Source: Pseudomonas sp.
GTDB taxonomy: Bacteria; Pseudomonadota; Gammaproteobacteria; Pseudomonadales; Pseudomonadaceae
Direction: 5' to 3'
NCBI GenBank assembly: GCA_044240245.1
Contig: JBIHZW010000001.1
Location: 1 to 43,286 of the forward strand
DNA length: 43,286 nucleotides
The position numbers were made by a program, and so were the translations under genes. Below, piece by piece: positions 20,223 to 32,020 of this stretch; position 1 is the stretch's first letter, and the number at the start of each line of letters is the position of its first letter. The notes under the pieces are model-generated. The model saw only the letters and a list, made by a program, of their open reading frames with translations, was not told the origin of the DNA and searched no databases.

Positions 20223-20741
20223 TTAGGCGGAGATCGGGGTACGCCAGTCGTCGGAGCCGGAAGTGCCGGAGACTTCGTGGGTCCAGACGATTTTGCGGTA
20301 GGTGAAGTACACGTCTTCGAGGTGGGTGAAGTGAGCCATGTTCGGATCCTGGCAGTTCGGCATACGCGACTGCACGTCAACGATCACCGCATCCTCCAGC
20401 TCGATGGTGAAGTAGTGCTCTTGAGTACCGGTGGAGGAAGTGCGGTACCACTCCAGACGGCACTTGGACAGACGCTCACCGGAGGTCAGGGAGTTAAAGA
20501 TCAGTGGCGAGGATTTGTCGAAGACTTTGGTGATCATCAGCGGCTTGTGGACGCGCTGGCCAGTCGGCTGACCGGACTGCGGATCACGCGGGATGATGAC
20601 CTGGTGGTTGAAGGCTTGAACCAGGATCTGGTCTTCATGACCTTCCTGGAAGATGTTACCGACGGAATCTTCGGTGAAGGTGCCTGCAGTGATCAGGCCT
20701 TGTTTGGTGCCTTCGAGGGACAGATACGCGGGTGTTGGCAT
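20223..20741 (-). CDS. hcp: T6SS tube protein Hcp
   Basis: 172 aa: MPTPAYLSLEGTKQGLIT...PRDPQSGQPTGQRVHKP...FTYRKIVWTHEVSGTSGSDDWR. Confidence 0.97.
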   Translation of the reverse strand: MPTPAYLSLEGTKQGLITAGTFTEDSVGNIFQEGHEDQILVQAFNHQVIIPRDPQSGQPTGQRVHKPLMITKVFDKSSPLIFNSLTSGERLSKCRLEWYRTSSTGTQEHYFTIELEDAVIVDVQSRMPNCQDPNMAHFTHLEDVYFTYRKIVWTHEVSGTSGSDDWRTPISA

Positions 20742-20797
20742 GAGTGCTTTCCTTGCCTTGGGTCATGGATCTGCAGTGATCCGGGAACTCCCCCTAT

Positions 20798-20813
20798 AGC
20801 GACAAGCATGCCA
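20798..20813 (-). promoter_or_regulatory. sigma54 (-24/-12) promoter of hcp
   Basis: Minus strand reads TGGCAT-GCTTG-TCGCT with correct GG-N10-GC spacing. An AT-rich tract and an IHF-like AATGAATGACTTG (20833-20845) lie upstream. Confidence 0.7.
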
Positions 20814-21043
20814 ATTAAATAAATACCTTATAAATGAATGACTTGAAGTTAGCGAGAACGCACATCTCAAGCCGTTGTGCGCCAGTTCACTGAAAGCTGA
20901 GCAAGTTGTTGCGCAAGGCTGCGCAGGTTTCTGCGCAGCTGGCTCAAAGCCATTGGCTACAAGGCCTGCAGCCTGATACCCACAGACTTATCAACAACCC
21001 GCTGCGCAATAAGCTGCGCAGCGGGTGGGCGCGTCAGGCTGGC

Positions 21044-23602
<2,559 letters not shown>

Positions 23603-23635
23603 GGGTTGAACCTGCATTCGAGAGTACGGAAAACG

Positions 23636-23668
23636 GCAAAACCCGCAGCCTTGCAGCTGCGGGTTTGC
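23636..23668 (-). terminator. Intra-operon stem-loop after the TAXI gene
   Basis: AAACCCGCAGC-CTTGCA-GCTGCGGGTTT with T-rich sequence after it on the minus strand; probable partial terminator or mRNA stabiliser. Confidence 0.6.
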
Positions 23669-23712
23669 TTATCTAGAGACACTAGCCCGTTTGAGCGGGC
23701 AGCGTGGGCTGC

Positions 23713-24684
23713 TTACAGCCAGCCGCGCTCTTTGTAATAACGCACTGCGCCTTCGTGCAGCGGAGCGCTGAGGCCGACTTTGATCATGTCTGCTTCTTTC
23801 AGGTCGGCAAATGCAGGGTGCAGACGCTTGAAGCGATCAATGTTGTCGAAGACCGACTTAACCAGCTGGTAAACCACTTCCGGGCTGGCCTTGGCCGAGG
23901 TGGAAAGCACCGCTTTGCCGCCGATCGACGGGGTTGGCGCGTCGTTGCCCTTGTACACGCCGCCTGGGATATCGGCCTTGGTGTAGTAGCTCTTCGCAGC
24001 CAGCAGCTTGTCGATTTCCGCACCGGTCACCGGCACCAGCACAGCGTCGGTGGTGGTGGTGGCTTCCTGGATGGCACCGTTAGGGTGGCCAACGAAGTAG
24101 GTCATCGCGTCGATATTGTTGTCGCCCAGGGCAGACGCCTGCTCGGCTGGCTTCAACTCGGCGGCCAGGGAGAACGCGGAGCGATCCCAGCCCTTGACCT
24201 GCATGATCTCTTCCAGGGTGTCGCGCTGACCGGAACCTGGGTTGCCGATGTTTACGCGCTTGCCTTTGAGGTCATCGAAGCTGGCGATATTGGCATCACG
24301 GCGGGCGAGGATGGTGAACACCTCACTCTGCAGCGAGAACACCGCACGGATGTCCTCCATGGCGCCTTCTTTCTCGAACGGCGCAACGCCCTTCATGGCC
24401 TTGAACTGGTGGTCCGACTGCATGATGCCGAAATTGAATTCGCCACTGCGGATGCCGTTGACGTTGGCCACGCCGCCGCCACTGGCTGGGGCGTTGCACT
24501 TGATGCCGTGTTCAGCAGCACCGCGATTGAGGAAGCGGCAGATCGATTGACCGGCAACGTAATAAACGCCGGTTTGACCACCGGTGCCGATGGTGACGAA
24601 TTTCTCTTCGGCCTGTACGGCGCTGCTCAGGGTGATACCTGCGAGTGCAGCCGACAGGGCCCATGCCAGGGATTTACCTTTCAT
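23713..24684 (-). CDS. TAXI family TRAP solute-binding protein
   Basis: Signal peptide; motifs FVTIGTGGQTGVYY, DLKGKRVNIGNPGSGQR and PLHEGAVRYYKE. AGGAG lies upstream of ATG 24684. Confidence 0.93.
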   Translation of the reverse strand: MKGKSLAWALSAALAGITLSSAVQAEEKFVTIGTGGQTGVYYVAGQSICRFLNRGAAEHGIKCNAPASGGGVANVNGIRSGEFNFGIMQSDHQFKAMKGVAPFEKEGAMEDIRAVFSLQSEVFTILARRDANIASFDDLKGKRVNIGNPGSGQRDTLEEIMQVKGWDRSAFSLAAELKPAEQASALGDNNIDAMTYFVGHPNGAIQEATTTTDAVLVPVTGAEIDKLLAAKSYYTKADIPGGVYKGNDAPTPSIGGKAVLSTSAKASPEVVYQLVKSVFDNIDRFKRLHPAFADLKEADMIKVGLSAPLHEGAVRYYKERGWL

Positions 24685-24912
24685 GGGAGTTCTCCTTTTC
24701 TGTTTATTTTTGAACCGATCGCACCTTTTGAGTGCGTCCGGAGGACAAGAGTCTAACCGCTCAGCCACAGGTTGCACGGAGTAATACCGGCGCCCCTGGT
24801 AACCAAGTGTTAGAGAGGGTCTGTTGCCGTTTCGTTCGCTGCGGCGCGAATGGAACAGACTCTAGACGTCTTAACGCTACCTTCAAGCCACAGCTTTGGG
24901 CAGAATCAGGCC

Positions 24913-25956
24913 ATGCCCAAGCACACACTCGACTCGCAACACACCTCAGTCAGCGCCAGCATCACCCTCGCGGTGCTGCATGCTGCCAGTCGCCTGGGCG
25001 TTGATCGCGCCCAACTAATGAGCGCCTGCGAGCTGCACGACAGCCAACTCAGCGACCCCGATGCACGCGTACCTTTCGCCACTCAGGAACAGCTGTGGCA
25101 ACACCTCAGCCGTATCGAACATGCCGAACCGGGCCTGGCCCTGGGCTGCAACCTCGCCCCCGGCCCGTTCAGCGTGCTCGGTTACCTGTTGCAGAGTAGC
25201 CCGACCCTGGGCGACGCGCTGGCCGCCGGGCTGCGCTATCAGCGCCTAGTCGGCGAGGGCGGCGAGGTGCAATTGCGTGAACAGGGCGAGGAGCTGCAGC
25301 TGCTCTATCGCCCGCTGCATCCCGAACTGCCGGCCACCCGCACCCGCGTACTGGCGCTAATGGCCTGCTGGGTACAAATGCTCCATCCGCTGCTGGATAA
25401 CTGGCAGTTGCTGCGTACGCAGTTTGTTCACCCAGAGCCGCCGACGCTCGACAGCTACCGCGACACCTTCGCCTGCCCGCTGCAGTTTGCCGCCAGTGAT
25501 TACGGCATCGTCCTGCCGCGCAGCCTGGCCCGCGCGCCGCTGATCCAGGCCAACCCGCCACTGCAGAACCTGCTGCGCCAGCATGCCGAAGCCCTGCTCG
25601 CCCGCCTGCCCAGCGAAGGACTGAGCGCCCGCGTGGTGGCCCTGCTCGGTGAGCAGCTGGCGCGCGGCGAACCGGACCGCAGCGAACTGGCGCGCCATCT
25701 GCACCTCAGTGAACGCACCCTGCAGCGGCGCCTGGCCGATGAAGGCTGCAACTACCAGCAACTGCTTAACGACACCCGCCAGCAACTGGCCGAACAACAC
25801 CTCAGCACCGGCGACTTACCCGCCGCAGAAATCGCCCTGCTGCTGGGCTATTCGGAACCCAGCGTATTTTTCCGCGCGTTTCGCCAATGGACTGGGTTAA
25901 CGCCGGGTGAATATCGGGCGCGGCAGAAAGCCGCCGCAATGAGTGGGAGTGACTAA
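24913..25956 (+). CDS. AraC family transcriptional regulator (OruR-like N-domain)
   Basis: C-terminal double HTH LSERTLQRRL...IALLLGYSEPSVFFRAFRQWTGLTPGEYR; N-domain with DPDARVP and LGYLLQSSPTL. Confidence 0.9.
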   Translation: MPKHTLDSQHTSVSASITLAVLHAASRLGVDRAQLMSACELHDSQLSDPDARVPFATQEQLWQHLSRIEHAEPGLALGCNLAPGPFSVLGYLLQSSPTLGDALAAGLRYQRLVGEGGEVQLREQGEELQLLYRPLHPELPATRTRVLALMACWVQMLHPLLDNWQLLRTQFVHPEPPTLDSYRDTFACPLQFAASDYGIVLPRSLARAPLIQANPPLQNLLRQHAEALLARLPSEGLSARVVALLGEQLARGEPDRSELARHLHLSERTLQRRLADEGCNYQQLLNDTRQQLAEQHLSTGDLPAAEIALLLGYSEPSVFFRAFRQWTGLTPGEYRARQKAAAMSGSD

Positions 25957-26903
25957 ATCCCCTGCGCCCGTAAAAACGCCAGAAACGCTTCACGCGAGCT
26001 ATAGCGTGGGCTAAAGCCGAAGTCCTGTTTCAGCCGGCGATTGCTTAGTACCGGGCGATAGCGCAGAAAATCCACCTGTTCCGGGCCGTAGGGGCTGAGG
26101 CCCAGGGGTTTGAGTACGCTTAGCGCGGTGCGAATCAACCAGGCCGGCAGGGCGCGGTAGGGTTTGCCCAGCAGCTCGGCGATTTCCTTGAGCGATAGGG
26201 CGCCATCACCGGCCAGGTTGAAGATGCCGGCGCTCTGCTGGCGCAGGCCGCGGCAGATGATGTCCACCACATCCTGATCCCAGATAAACACGAAGCGGCT
26301 GTCGCTGCCGCGGATACCCAACACCGCCGGTTTCTTGAACAGCTCAGTGATCTGGTTGTTTACCTGTTTGCCGAGAATGGTGCCGGGGCGCAGCACCAGC
26401 TGCTTGAGTTGCGGGTGCTGCGCGCGCGCTTCGGCCAGCAGCAGCTCCACTTCACGTTTGTGCTTGGCGTAGGCGAAGTGGGCATGGCCGCGCAGCGGCT
26501 GATCCTCATCCAGCCATTCGGCATTCTGCGGGTCATAGCCATAGGCGGCGCCCGAGCTGGTGACGATCAACTGCTCGACGCCATGGGTCGCAGCCGCCTG
26601 AATAAGCGCCTGGGTGCCGCCCACATCGATGGCATGCAGCTGCGCCTCGCTCATACCCGGCGGCGGCGTGACCACCGAGGCCAGGTGAACAATCGCCTGC
26701 GGCTGCCAGGTGGCCACGCAGTCTTCCACGGCCGCGGGCTGGCTGATATCGAGCAGCACCGGTTCGATATTCAGCTTCATCCCCGCGCGGTTCTGCGGGC
26801 GAATATCGGCGGCAGTCAGCAGCCACTGCGGGTGCTGAACGGCCAGTTGGTTAAGCAGCTGCTGGCCGATATAGCCGGCTGCCCCCGTGATCAAGACGCG
26901 CAT
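25953..26903 (-). CDS. Extended SDR / NAD-dependent epimerase-dehydratase
   Basis: TGAAGYIG Rossmann motif, TSSGAAYG and catalytic YAKHK (YxxxK). Confidence 0.9.
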   Translation of the reverse strand: MRVLITGAAGYIGQQLLNQLAVQHPQWLLTAADIRPQNRAGMKLNIEPVLLDISQPAAVEDCVATWQPQAIVHLASVVTPPPGMSEAQLHAIDVGGTQALIQAAATHGVEQLIVTSSGAAYGYDPQNAEWLDEDQPLRGHAHFAYAKHKREVELLLAEARAQHPQLKQLVLRPGTILGKQVNNQITELFKKPAVLGIRGSDSRFVFIWDQDVVDIICRGLRQQSAGIFNLAGDGALSLKEIAELLGKPYRALPAWLIRTALSVLKPLGLSPYGPEQVDFLRYRPVLSNRRLKQDFGFSPRYSSREAFLAFLRAQGI

Positions 26904-27109
26904 TTAACTCTCCATAACGCAGCGCAGCCCCGTGGTGCGCGGGCTGCGTTTGCATCGACTGTGTTTGCCCATTGCAGGCTATCCAGCGGATTGCGGGGAG
27001 GCAGTGGCAAGGCTGGCCAAACAGCGTTGCCAAAGGCGACAGATGCGTGTGCCCTGGCCGGCTGGGCGCGCTATGCTCTGCGCCCCGCCATTCGCCCAGG
27101 TATGCCGCC

Positions 27110-27457
27110 ATGAGCCAAGCCGAACAGAATCTGCGTATCGACTACATCGAGTTCGCCGCCGTCGACCTGCCGGCGCTCAAGCAGTTCTATGAACAGGTCT
27201 TCGGCTGGTGCTTTACCGACTACGGCCCGCACTACAGCAGCTTTACCGACGGGCGCATGACGGGTGGTTTTACCACCGATAGCGCAGCGGGCGCCGGGCC
27301 GCTAGTGGTGATCTACGCCACTGACCTGGAGGCCGTTTGCGCCCAGGTAGCGGCTGCGGGCGGGCAGATCACCCAGGAAATTTTCAGCTTCCCCGGTGGG
27401 CGCCGCTTCGAGTTTCGCGACCCAAGTGGTAACCGCCTGGCCGTCTGGTCGGAATAA
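27110..27457 (+). CDS. VOC/glyoxalase family protein
   Basis: Motifs IDYIEF, FYEQVFGW and FPGGRRFEFRDPSGNRLAVWS. Confidence 0.88.
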   Translation: MSQAEQNLRIDYIEFAAVDLPALKQFYEQVFGWCFTDYGPHYSSFTDGRMTGGFTTDSAAGAGPLVVIYATDLEAVCAQVAAAGGQITQEIFSFPGGRRFEFRDPSGNRLAVWSE

Positions 27458-27470
27458 CCGAGTTCAATTT

Positions 27471-28484
27471 ATGCCTGCGTGGAAAAACCTGATCTTCAAG
27501 CTGGTGGCGCTGATCCAGCGTAACCCCGGGATGGTCGCGATCTTTGGCTTTGCCTCGGGCTTGGCGAGCTTTCTGCTGGTCGAGCGGCATGCCGAACTGG
27601 CGCAGGTGTTGGCGCTGGTGATGCTGATCAGCTGGTTGTGGCTGATTCTGGAAAACATCCTGCGCGAGCGCATCGCCAAGTGGTTCGGCTTCGAGCTGCC
27701 GCCGCCCCTGCTGCGCTATGCCACGCAGATGATCCACCAGGAGAGCCTGTTCTTCGTTCTGCCGTTCTTCTTTATCACCACCACCTGGAACAGCGGCCAG
27801 CTGCTGTTCAGCGGCCTGCTGGCCAGTGCTGCGCTGATCTCGATCATCGACCCGCTGTACTACCGCTGGCTGGCGCCCAAACGCTGGCTGTTTCTCGCCT
27901 ATCACACCCTGGCGCTGTTCGCCGTGCTGCTCACGGCGCTGCCGATTATCTTCAAACTAACCACGCCGCAGAGCTATCAGCTGGCACTGGCGGCGGCGGT
28001 GGTGCTGTCGTTTCCGTCGCTGTTCACCATCATCACCGTACAACGCTGGTGGCGTGGCCTGCTGCTGGTCGGCCTGACCCTGGCCATTGGTGCAGCTGGC
28101 TGGCTGGCGCGCACCTGGGTGCCGCCGGCAACCTTGTGGCTGACTGAGGTGGCGGTAACCAACGAATTCGATAACCAGAACCGCGCGCCGGGCGAGAGCA
28201 TCAAGGAATTGAGCGTGGCGCAACTGCGCAGCCAGGGCCTGTTCGCCTATACCTCGATCAGTGCCCCGCGCGGGCTGAATGAGCGGATTTATCACGTCTG
28301 GCGCCGCGATGGCGGCGAAGTCGAGCGCATTGCCCTGGATATTCAAGGCGGGCGCAAGGAAGGCTACCGCGCCTGGACCCACAAGCAGAACTTCCCCGCC
28401 GACGCCGTAGGCCGCTGGCAAGTGCAGGTGCTGACCGAAGCCGGGCAGATGATCGGTGTGCTGCGGTTTAAGGTCGTCGAATAA
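27471..28484 (+). CDS. Membrane protein with C-terminal DUF2914-like beta domain
   Basis: Multiple TM helices followed by AYTSISAPRGLNERIYHVW...GGRKEGYRAWTHK...GRWQVQV. Confidence 0.8.
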   Translation: MPAWKNLIFKLVALIQRNPGMVAIFGFASGLASFLLVERHAELAQVLALVMLISWLWLILENILRERIAKWFGFELPPPLLRYATQMIHQESLFFVLPFFFITTTWNSGQLLFSGLLASAALISIIDPLYYRWLAPKRWLFLAYHTLALFAVLLTALPIIFKLTTPQSYQLALAAAVVLSFPSLFTIITVQRWWRGLLLVGLTLAIGAAGWLARTWVPPATLWLTEVAVTNEFDNQNRAPGESIKELSVAQLRSQGLFAYTSISAPRGLNERIYHVWRRDGGEVERIALDIQGGRKEGYRAWTHKQNFPADAVGRWQVQVLTEAGQMIGVLRFKVVE

Positions 28485-28509
28485 CCACCGATAAATCTAT
28501 TTGAGCGTC

Positions 28510-28534
28510 GTAGCACGGATGCAATCCGGGCTAC
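28510..28534. repeat. GTAG-family REP-like palindrome between convergent genes
   Basis: GTAGCACGGAT-GCA-ATCCGGGCTAC; only one copy seen in the window. Confidence 0.55.
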
Positions 28535-28549
28535 AGGGTTGCAGTGGCT

Positions 28550-29779
28550 TTAGCCGAAGAACCAGTAGCAAACGAAGATAGCCGCCACCACCCCGGCAAA
28601 CTCGGCCAGCAGCGCGCAGCCCACCGCATGGCGCACGCGCTGGATACCCACCGCGCCGAAATACACCGCCAGTACATAGAAGGTGGTTTCCGTGCTGCCC
28701 TGGATGGTCGCGGCCACCAGTGCGGCAAAGCTGTCGACGCCCTGGGTCTGCATGGTTTCGATCAGCATGGCGCGCGCCGCGCTGCCGGAGAAGGGTTTAA
28801 CTAGCGCGGTGGGCAGCGCTTCGACAAAGCGCGTATCCCAGCCGATCGTCTCGACCAGCCAGCGAATGCCATCAAGGCCGAATTCCAGCGCACCGGACGC
28901 ACGCAGTACGCCAATCGCGCAAAGCATCGCCACCAGGTAGGGCAGCAGGCTCTTGGCCACGTCGAAGCCTTCTTTCGCGCCTTCGACAAACTCTTCGTAC
29001 ACCGCCACCTTCTTCAGCGCGCCAAGCAGTAGAAACAGCATGATGATGCCGAACAGGGTGAGGTTACCGGCGAGCGACGACAGGGCCGCCAGCGCCGTGG
29101 CGGACATGGTCGCCAGTACCGCCATAAAGCTGCCGAGCAGCAGCGCGCCGGGGATCAGGTACGCCAGCACCACCGGGTCCCACAGGCGCAGGCGCTGCAT
29201 CAGCGCTACCGACAGCAGGCCGACCAGGGTCGAAGCGCTGGTGGCCAGCAGGATCGGCAGAAACACCAGAGTCGGATCGGGGGCGCCTTGCTGGGCGCGG
29301 TACATAAAGATGGTCACCGGCAGGAGAGTCAATGACGAGGCGTTAAGCACCAGAAATAGAATCTGCGCATTGCTCGCCGTGGTGCTGCTGGGGTTGAGGG
29401 TCTGCAGGGAGCGCATGGCTTTGAGGCCAATCGGCGTGGCGGCGTTGTCCAGGCCCAGGCCATTGGCGGCGAAGTTCATGGTGATCAGGCCGAGGGCCGG
29501 ATGGCCGCGCGGCACTTCCGGCATCAGCCGCGCAAACAGTGGGCCGAGCATGCGCGCCAGGGCGTCGACCAGGCCGGCTTTTTCAGCGATACGCAGCAGG
29601 CCGAGCCACAGGGTCAGGGTGCCGAACAGCAGCACCATAATCTCGACCGACAGCTTGGCCATGGCAAACAGGCTTTCGACCATGGCAGCGAATACCGCCG
29701 GGTCGTCGCCGACCAACCAGCGCGACAGGCCGGCAATTGCCGCCACCACGAAAAACCCCAGCCACAGCCAATTGAGCAT
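28550..29779 (-). CDS. Nucleoside-recognition (Gate) domain SpmA/SpmB fusion membrane protein
   Basis: Motifs NFAANGLGLDNAATPIGLKAM, YEEFVEGAKEGF, KPFSGS and GSTETTFYVLAVYFG. Confidence 0.88.
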   Translation of the reverse strand: MLNWLWLGFFVVAAIAGLSRWLVGDDPAVFAAMVESLFAMAKLSVEIMVLLFGTLTLWLGLLRIAEKAGLVDALARMLGPLFARLMPEVPRGHPALGLITMNFAANGLGLDNAATPIGLKAMRSLQTLNPSSTTASNAQILFLVLNASSLTLLPVTIFMYRAQQGAPDPTLVFLPILLATSASTLVGLLSVALMQRLRLWDPVVLAYLIPGALLLGSFMAVLATMSATALAALSSLAGNLTLFGIIMLFLLLGALKKVAVYEEFVEGAKEGFDVAKSLLPYLVAMLCAIGVLRASGALEFGLDGIRWLVETIGWDTRFVEALPTALVKPFSGSAARAMLIETMQTQGVDSFAALVAATIQGSTETTFYVLAVYFGAVGIQRVRHAVGCALLAEFAGVVAAIFVCYWFFG

Positions 29780-29848
29780 GCCGTCTCTCCCCCAGATCAA
29801 TGGGCGGGATGATAGCGCGGCTTAGTGAAGCTGGGGTGGGGTTAACCG

Positions 29849-29877
29849 GTATGGCTCGCTTGAGCCGCGAGCCATAC
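29849..29877. terminator. 11-bp stem-loop downstream of ivy
   Basis: GTATGGCTCGC-TTGAGCC-GCGAGCCATAC, 5 nt after the ivy stop; no clear U-tract. Confidence 0.5.
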
Positions 29878-29882
29878 AACCA

Positions 29883-30341
29883 CTAGTACCAGTTGGGGTC
29901 GCTTTTCAGCTGCTCTTGCAGCAACTGCTGAGTCGCTTCATCCGGTTCGCCGAGCCAGCGCAGGGTGGCGTGCTGGCTGGGTGCCTTGTCCGTCGGCAGA
30001 CCGTCGGGCAGTTGCACATAGAGTGCGTAGGCGTCGTCCTTGTCCCAGCTGAAGGCCACGTAAAGGCGCTGATTGAAGCAGTTGTGCTCTTCACACAGCT
30101 GGCCGACCAGGTACTTGTCGCCGTCGTCATCCAGGCCCTGCATGGGGCTGGCGATGCCGCTGAGGTTCATCACCCACTCGGGCAGACGGCTTTCCTCTTC
30201 CACCAGCTCCTGCCAGCTTTGTTGATAAGCCGGGTCACTGGCGAGCAGTTCGTTGAGGCGGAATTGGCCATCGGTGTCCGCGGCCAAAGCCGCCGCACTG
30301 CCGCCCAGCAACAGGGCGGCAAGCAGCGTCTTGATGGTCAT
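29883..30341 (-). CDS. ivy: Inhibitor of vertebrate lysozyme (Ivy) family protein
   Basis: Signal peptide; LPEWV; disulfide loop CEEHNC; C-terminal LRWLGEPD...DPNW. Confidence 0.85.
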   Translation of the reverse strand: MTIKTLLAALLLGGSAAALAADTDGQFRLNELLASDPAYQQSWQELVEEESRLPEWVMNLSGIASPMQGLDDDGDKYLVGQLCEEHNCFNQRLYVAFSWDKDDAYALYVQLPDGLPTDKAPSQHATLRWLGEPDEATQQLLQEQLKSDPNWY

Positions 30342-30351
30342 GGCGGCTCCT

Positions 30352-30516
30352 CTATCCACGTGGGCGGCGGCCCATGATGAACGAGACGATAAACATCACC
30401 AGAAACACCACGAAGAGAATTTTCGCGATACCCGTGGCGGTGCCAGCGATACCACCGAAGCCCAGGACTGCAGCGATGATGGCGATAATCAGAAAGGTAA
30501 TGGCCCAACTCAGCAT
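30352..30516 (-). CDS. DUF1328 (UPF0391, YtjA-like) small membrane protein, 54 aa
   Basis: Below the ORF-track cutoff. Translated by hand: [54 protein letters not shown]; AAGGAG RBS. Confidence 0.92.
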   Translation of the reverse strand: MLSWAITFLIIAIIAAVLGFGGIAGTATGIAKILFVVFLVMFIVSFIMGRRPRG

Positions 30517-30593
30517 GGCGATACTCCTTGTTTACTCAGTGTGCGCCGTAGCGCGGTAAGACCCGGTGTGGCGCAAACCACACCGGACCGGGC

Positions 30594-31028
30594 TTACTGC
30601 ATGGACTGTTTCAGGGTACGCATACGATCATGGTTGGCGCGCACTTTCGGCATTTCTGCGGTCAGCAGGGCCTGCACGTCCGGCTCGGCACTTTCCAGAG
30701 CATCCTCGAAGGCATGCAGGATGCGGTCTTCGGCTTCTTCCAGCTGCCCGACGTAGGTGGCTTCGGTGTCGCTGGCCAGGGTCGCCTTGGTATCGGCGTA
30801 GACCTGACGCAGCTTGCCGACAAAGGTACCGCCGCTGGCTGGTACTTCCTGGTTGGCGGCCACTTTCACCGACAGCGCGCGGATCAGCTCGCTCTTGCTC
30901 TGCGACATATCGCGGAACAGCACCTGCAGGCGCACGTCCTTCACTTCATCGTGGGCATGCTGGTAGAAGCGCTGGCCGTCACGGGTGATTTCGATCAGTT
31001 CGTTAAGTTGCTCTGCTTTATCAGTCAT
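30594..31028 (-). CDS. PA2169/DUF2383 family four-helix-bundle protein
   Basis: Motifs LNELIEITRDGQRFY, GTFVGKLRQVY and LEEAEDRILHAFEDAL. Confidence 0.85.
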   Translation of the reverse strand: MTDKAEQLNELIEITRDGQRFYQHAHDEVKDVRLQVLFRDMSQSKSELIRALSVKVAANQEVPASGGTFVGKLRQVYADTKATLASDTEATYVGQLEEAEDRILHAFEDALESAEPDVQALLTAEMPKVRANHDRMRTLKQSMQ

Positions 31029-31119
31029 GGTGGATCTCCTGTGAGTTGTAGCGGCTGCCGAATTAACAAGGCAGCCTCAGACAACAGGCAGCGACCGGTA
31101 TGGCCGCCGCCCGGATGAA

Positions 31120-31956
31120 TTAGCTATCGATGCGCAAAGCATCGGCGTCCACGCCGCGCACGCCACGGATGTTGCGCGCGGTTTCAATCGCCAGTTGCTT
31201 CTCGGCGTTGCTCAGCACGGTGCCGCTGAGGCTGACCATGCCCTTCTGGGTGTCGACAGAAATATCCAGACCGTCGAGGTTGCGGCTGTAGATAAAGCTG
31301 GATTTCACCTTGCTGGTGATCCACGCATCGCTGATCACCGCAGCAGTGTCATCGGCGGCGTTTTGTGCCTTGGCAGCGGTGCTGTCGGTGGCGCTGACGC
31401 TCAGCTGGTTGTTCACTGAACGCACACCATCGGTGTTGGCCGCCAAACGACCAGCCAGTTCCTTGGCTTCGGCGGTCTGCGCGTTACCGGTCAGGCTGAC
31501 TTTGCCGTTGTCCGCGTTAACGTTGATATCCAGACCTTCGGTATTGCTGTTCCACAGCAGCTTGGATTTCACCGTGGCTACCAAGGTCGCGTCGTCAAAA
31601 CGCTGCGACAGGTTCGGCTCAGCGCTGGCCTTGGCTTCGAAGGCCGGGTCCAGAGTCAGCTGGTTGTCGACCGTCTTCACCCCTTCGATACCCAAGGCAA
31701 TCTGCTCAGCCAGGTCACGCTCGACATCGGTTTCCACCTTACCGGTCAGCTTGGCGCTGCCGTTTTCCACATCCACGTCGATGGTGAAAGGGTTGAGGTG
31801 GCGGTTAAGGGCAAACGCGGTCCAGATCGAGCCTTCCTGGCGCGCCTCGCTCAGCTCGCGGCTGGCATCGCCCTCGGCAGCATAGGCAGCGAAAGGAGCC
31901 AGACCGATCAGGCCGGCGGTCGCAGTGGCCAGGGCCAGAGTTTTCAATTGATGCAT
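31120..31956 (-). CDS. Periplasmic triple-BON domain protein (OsmY-like)
   Basis: Signal peptide and three BON repeats (EGSIWTAF..., DDATLVATVKSKL..., SDAWITSKVKSS...GVRGV). Confidence 0.9.
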   Translation of the reverse strand: MHQLKTLALATATAGLIGLAPFAAYAAEGDASRELSEARQEGSIWTAFALNRHLNPFTIDVDVENGSAKLTGKVETDVERDLAEQIALGIEGVKTVDNQLTLDPAFEAKASAEPNLSQRFDDATLVATVKSKLLWNSNTEGLDINVNADNGKVSLTGNAQTAEAKELAGRLAANTDGVRSVNNQLSVSATDSTAAKAQNAADDTAAVISDAWITSKVKSSFIYSRNLDGLDISVDTQKGMVSLSGTVLSNAEKQLAIETARNIRGVRGVDADALRIDS

Positions 31957-32020
31957 GGCAGTTCCTCCAATGGATAACGATCAAGCAGACGGCCGTTTGT
32001 CGCCGTCGTCACCGATATAT

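Noticed and set aside
20898-21020. Repeated TGCGCA as a CRISPR-like or tandem repeat array
   Set aside because: Units are 6 bp with no repeat-spacer structure and no cas genes; better explained as enhancer sites.
23704-24756. 350-aa plus-strand ORF
   Set aside because: Antisense shadow of the TAXI gene.
30253-30756. 167-aa plus-strand ORF
   Set aside because: Antisense to three well-supported minus-strand genes (ivy, DUF1328, PA2169-like).
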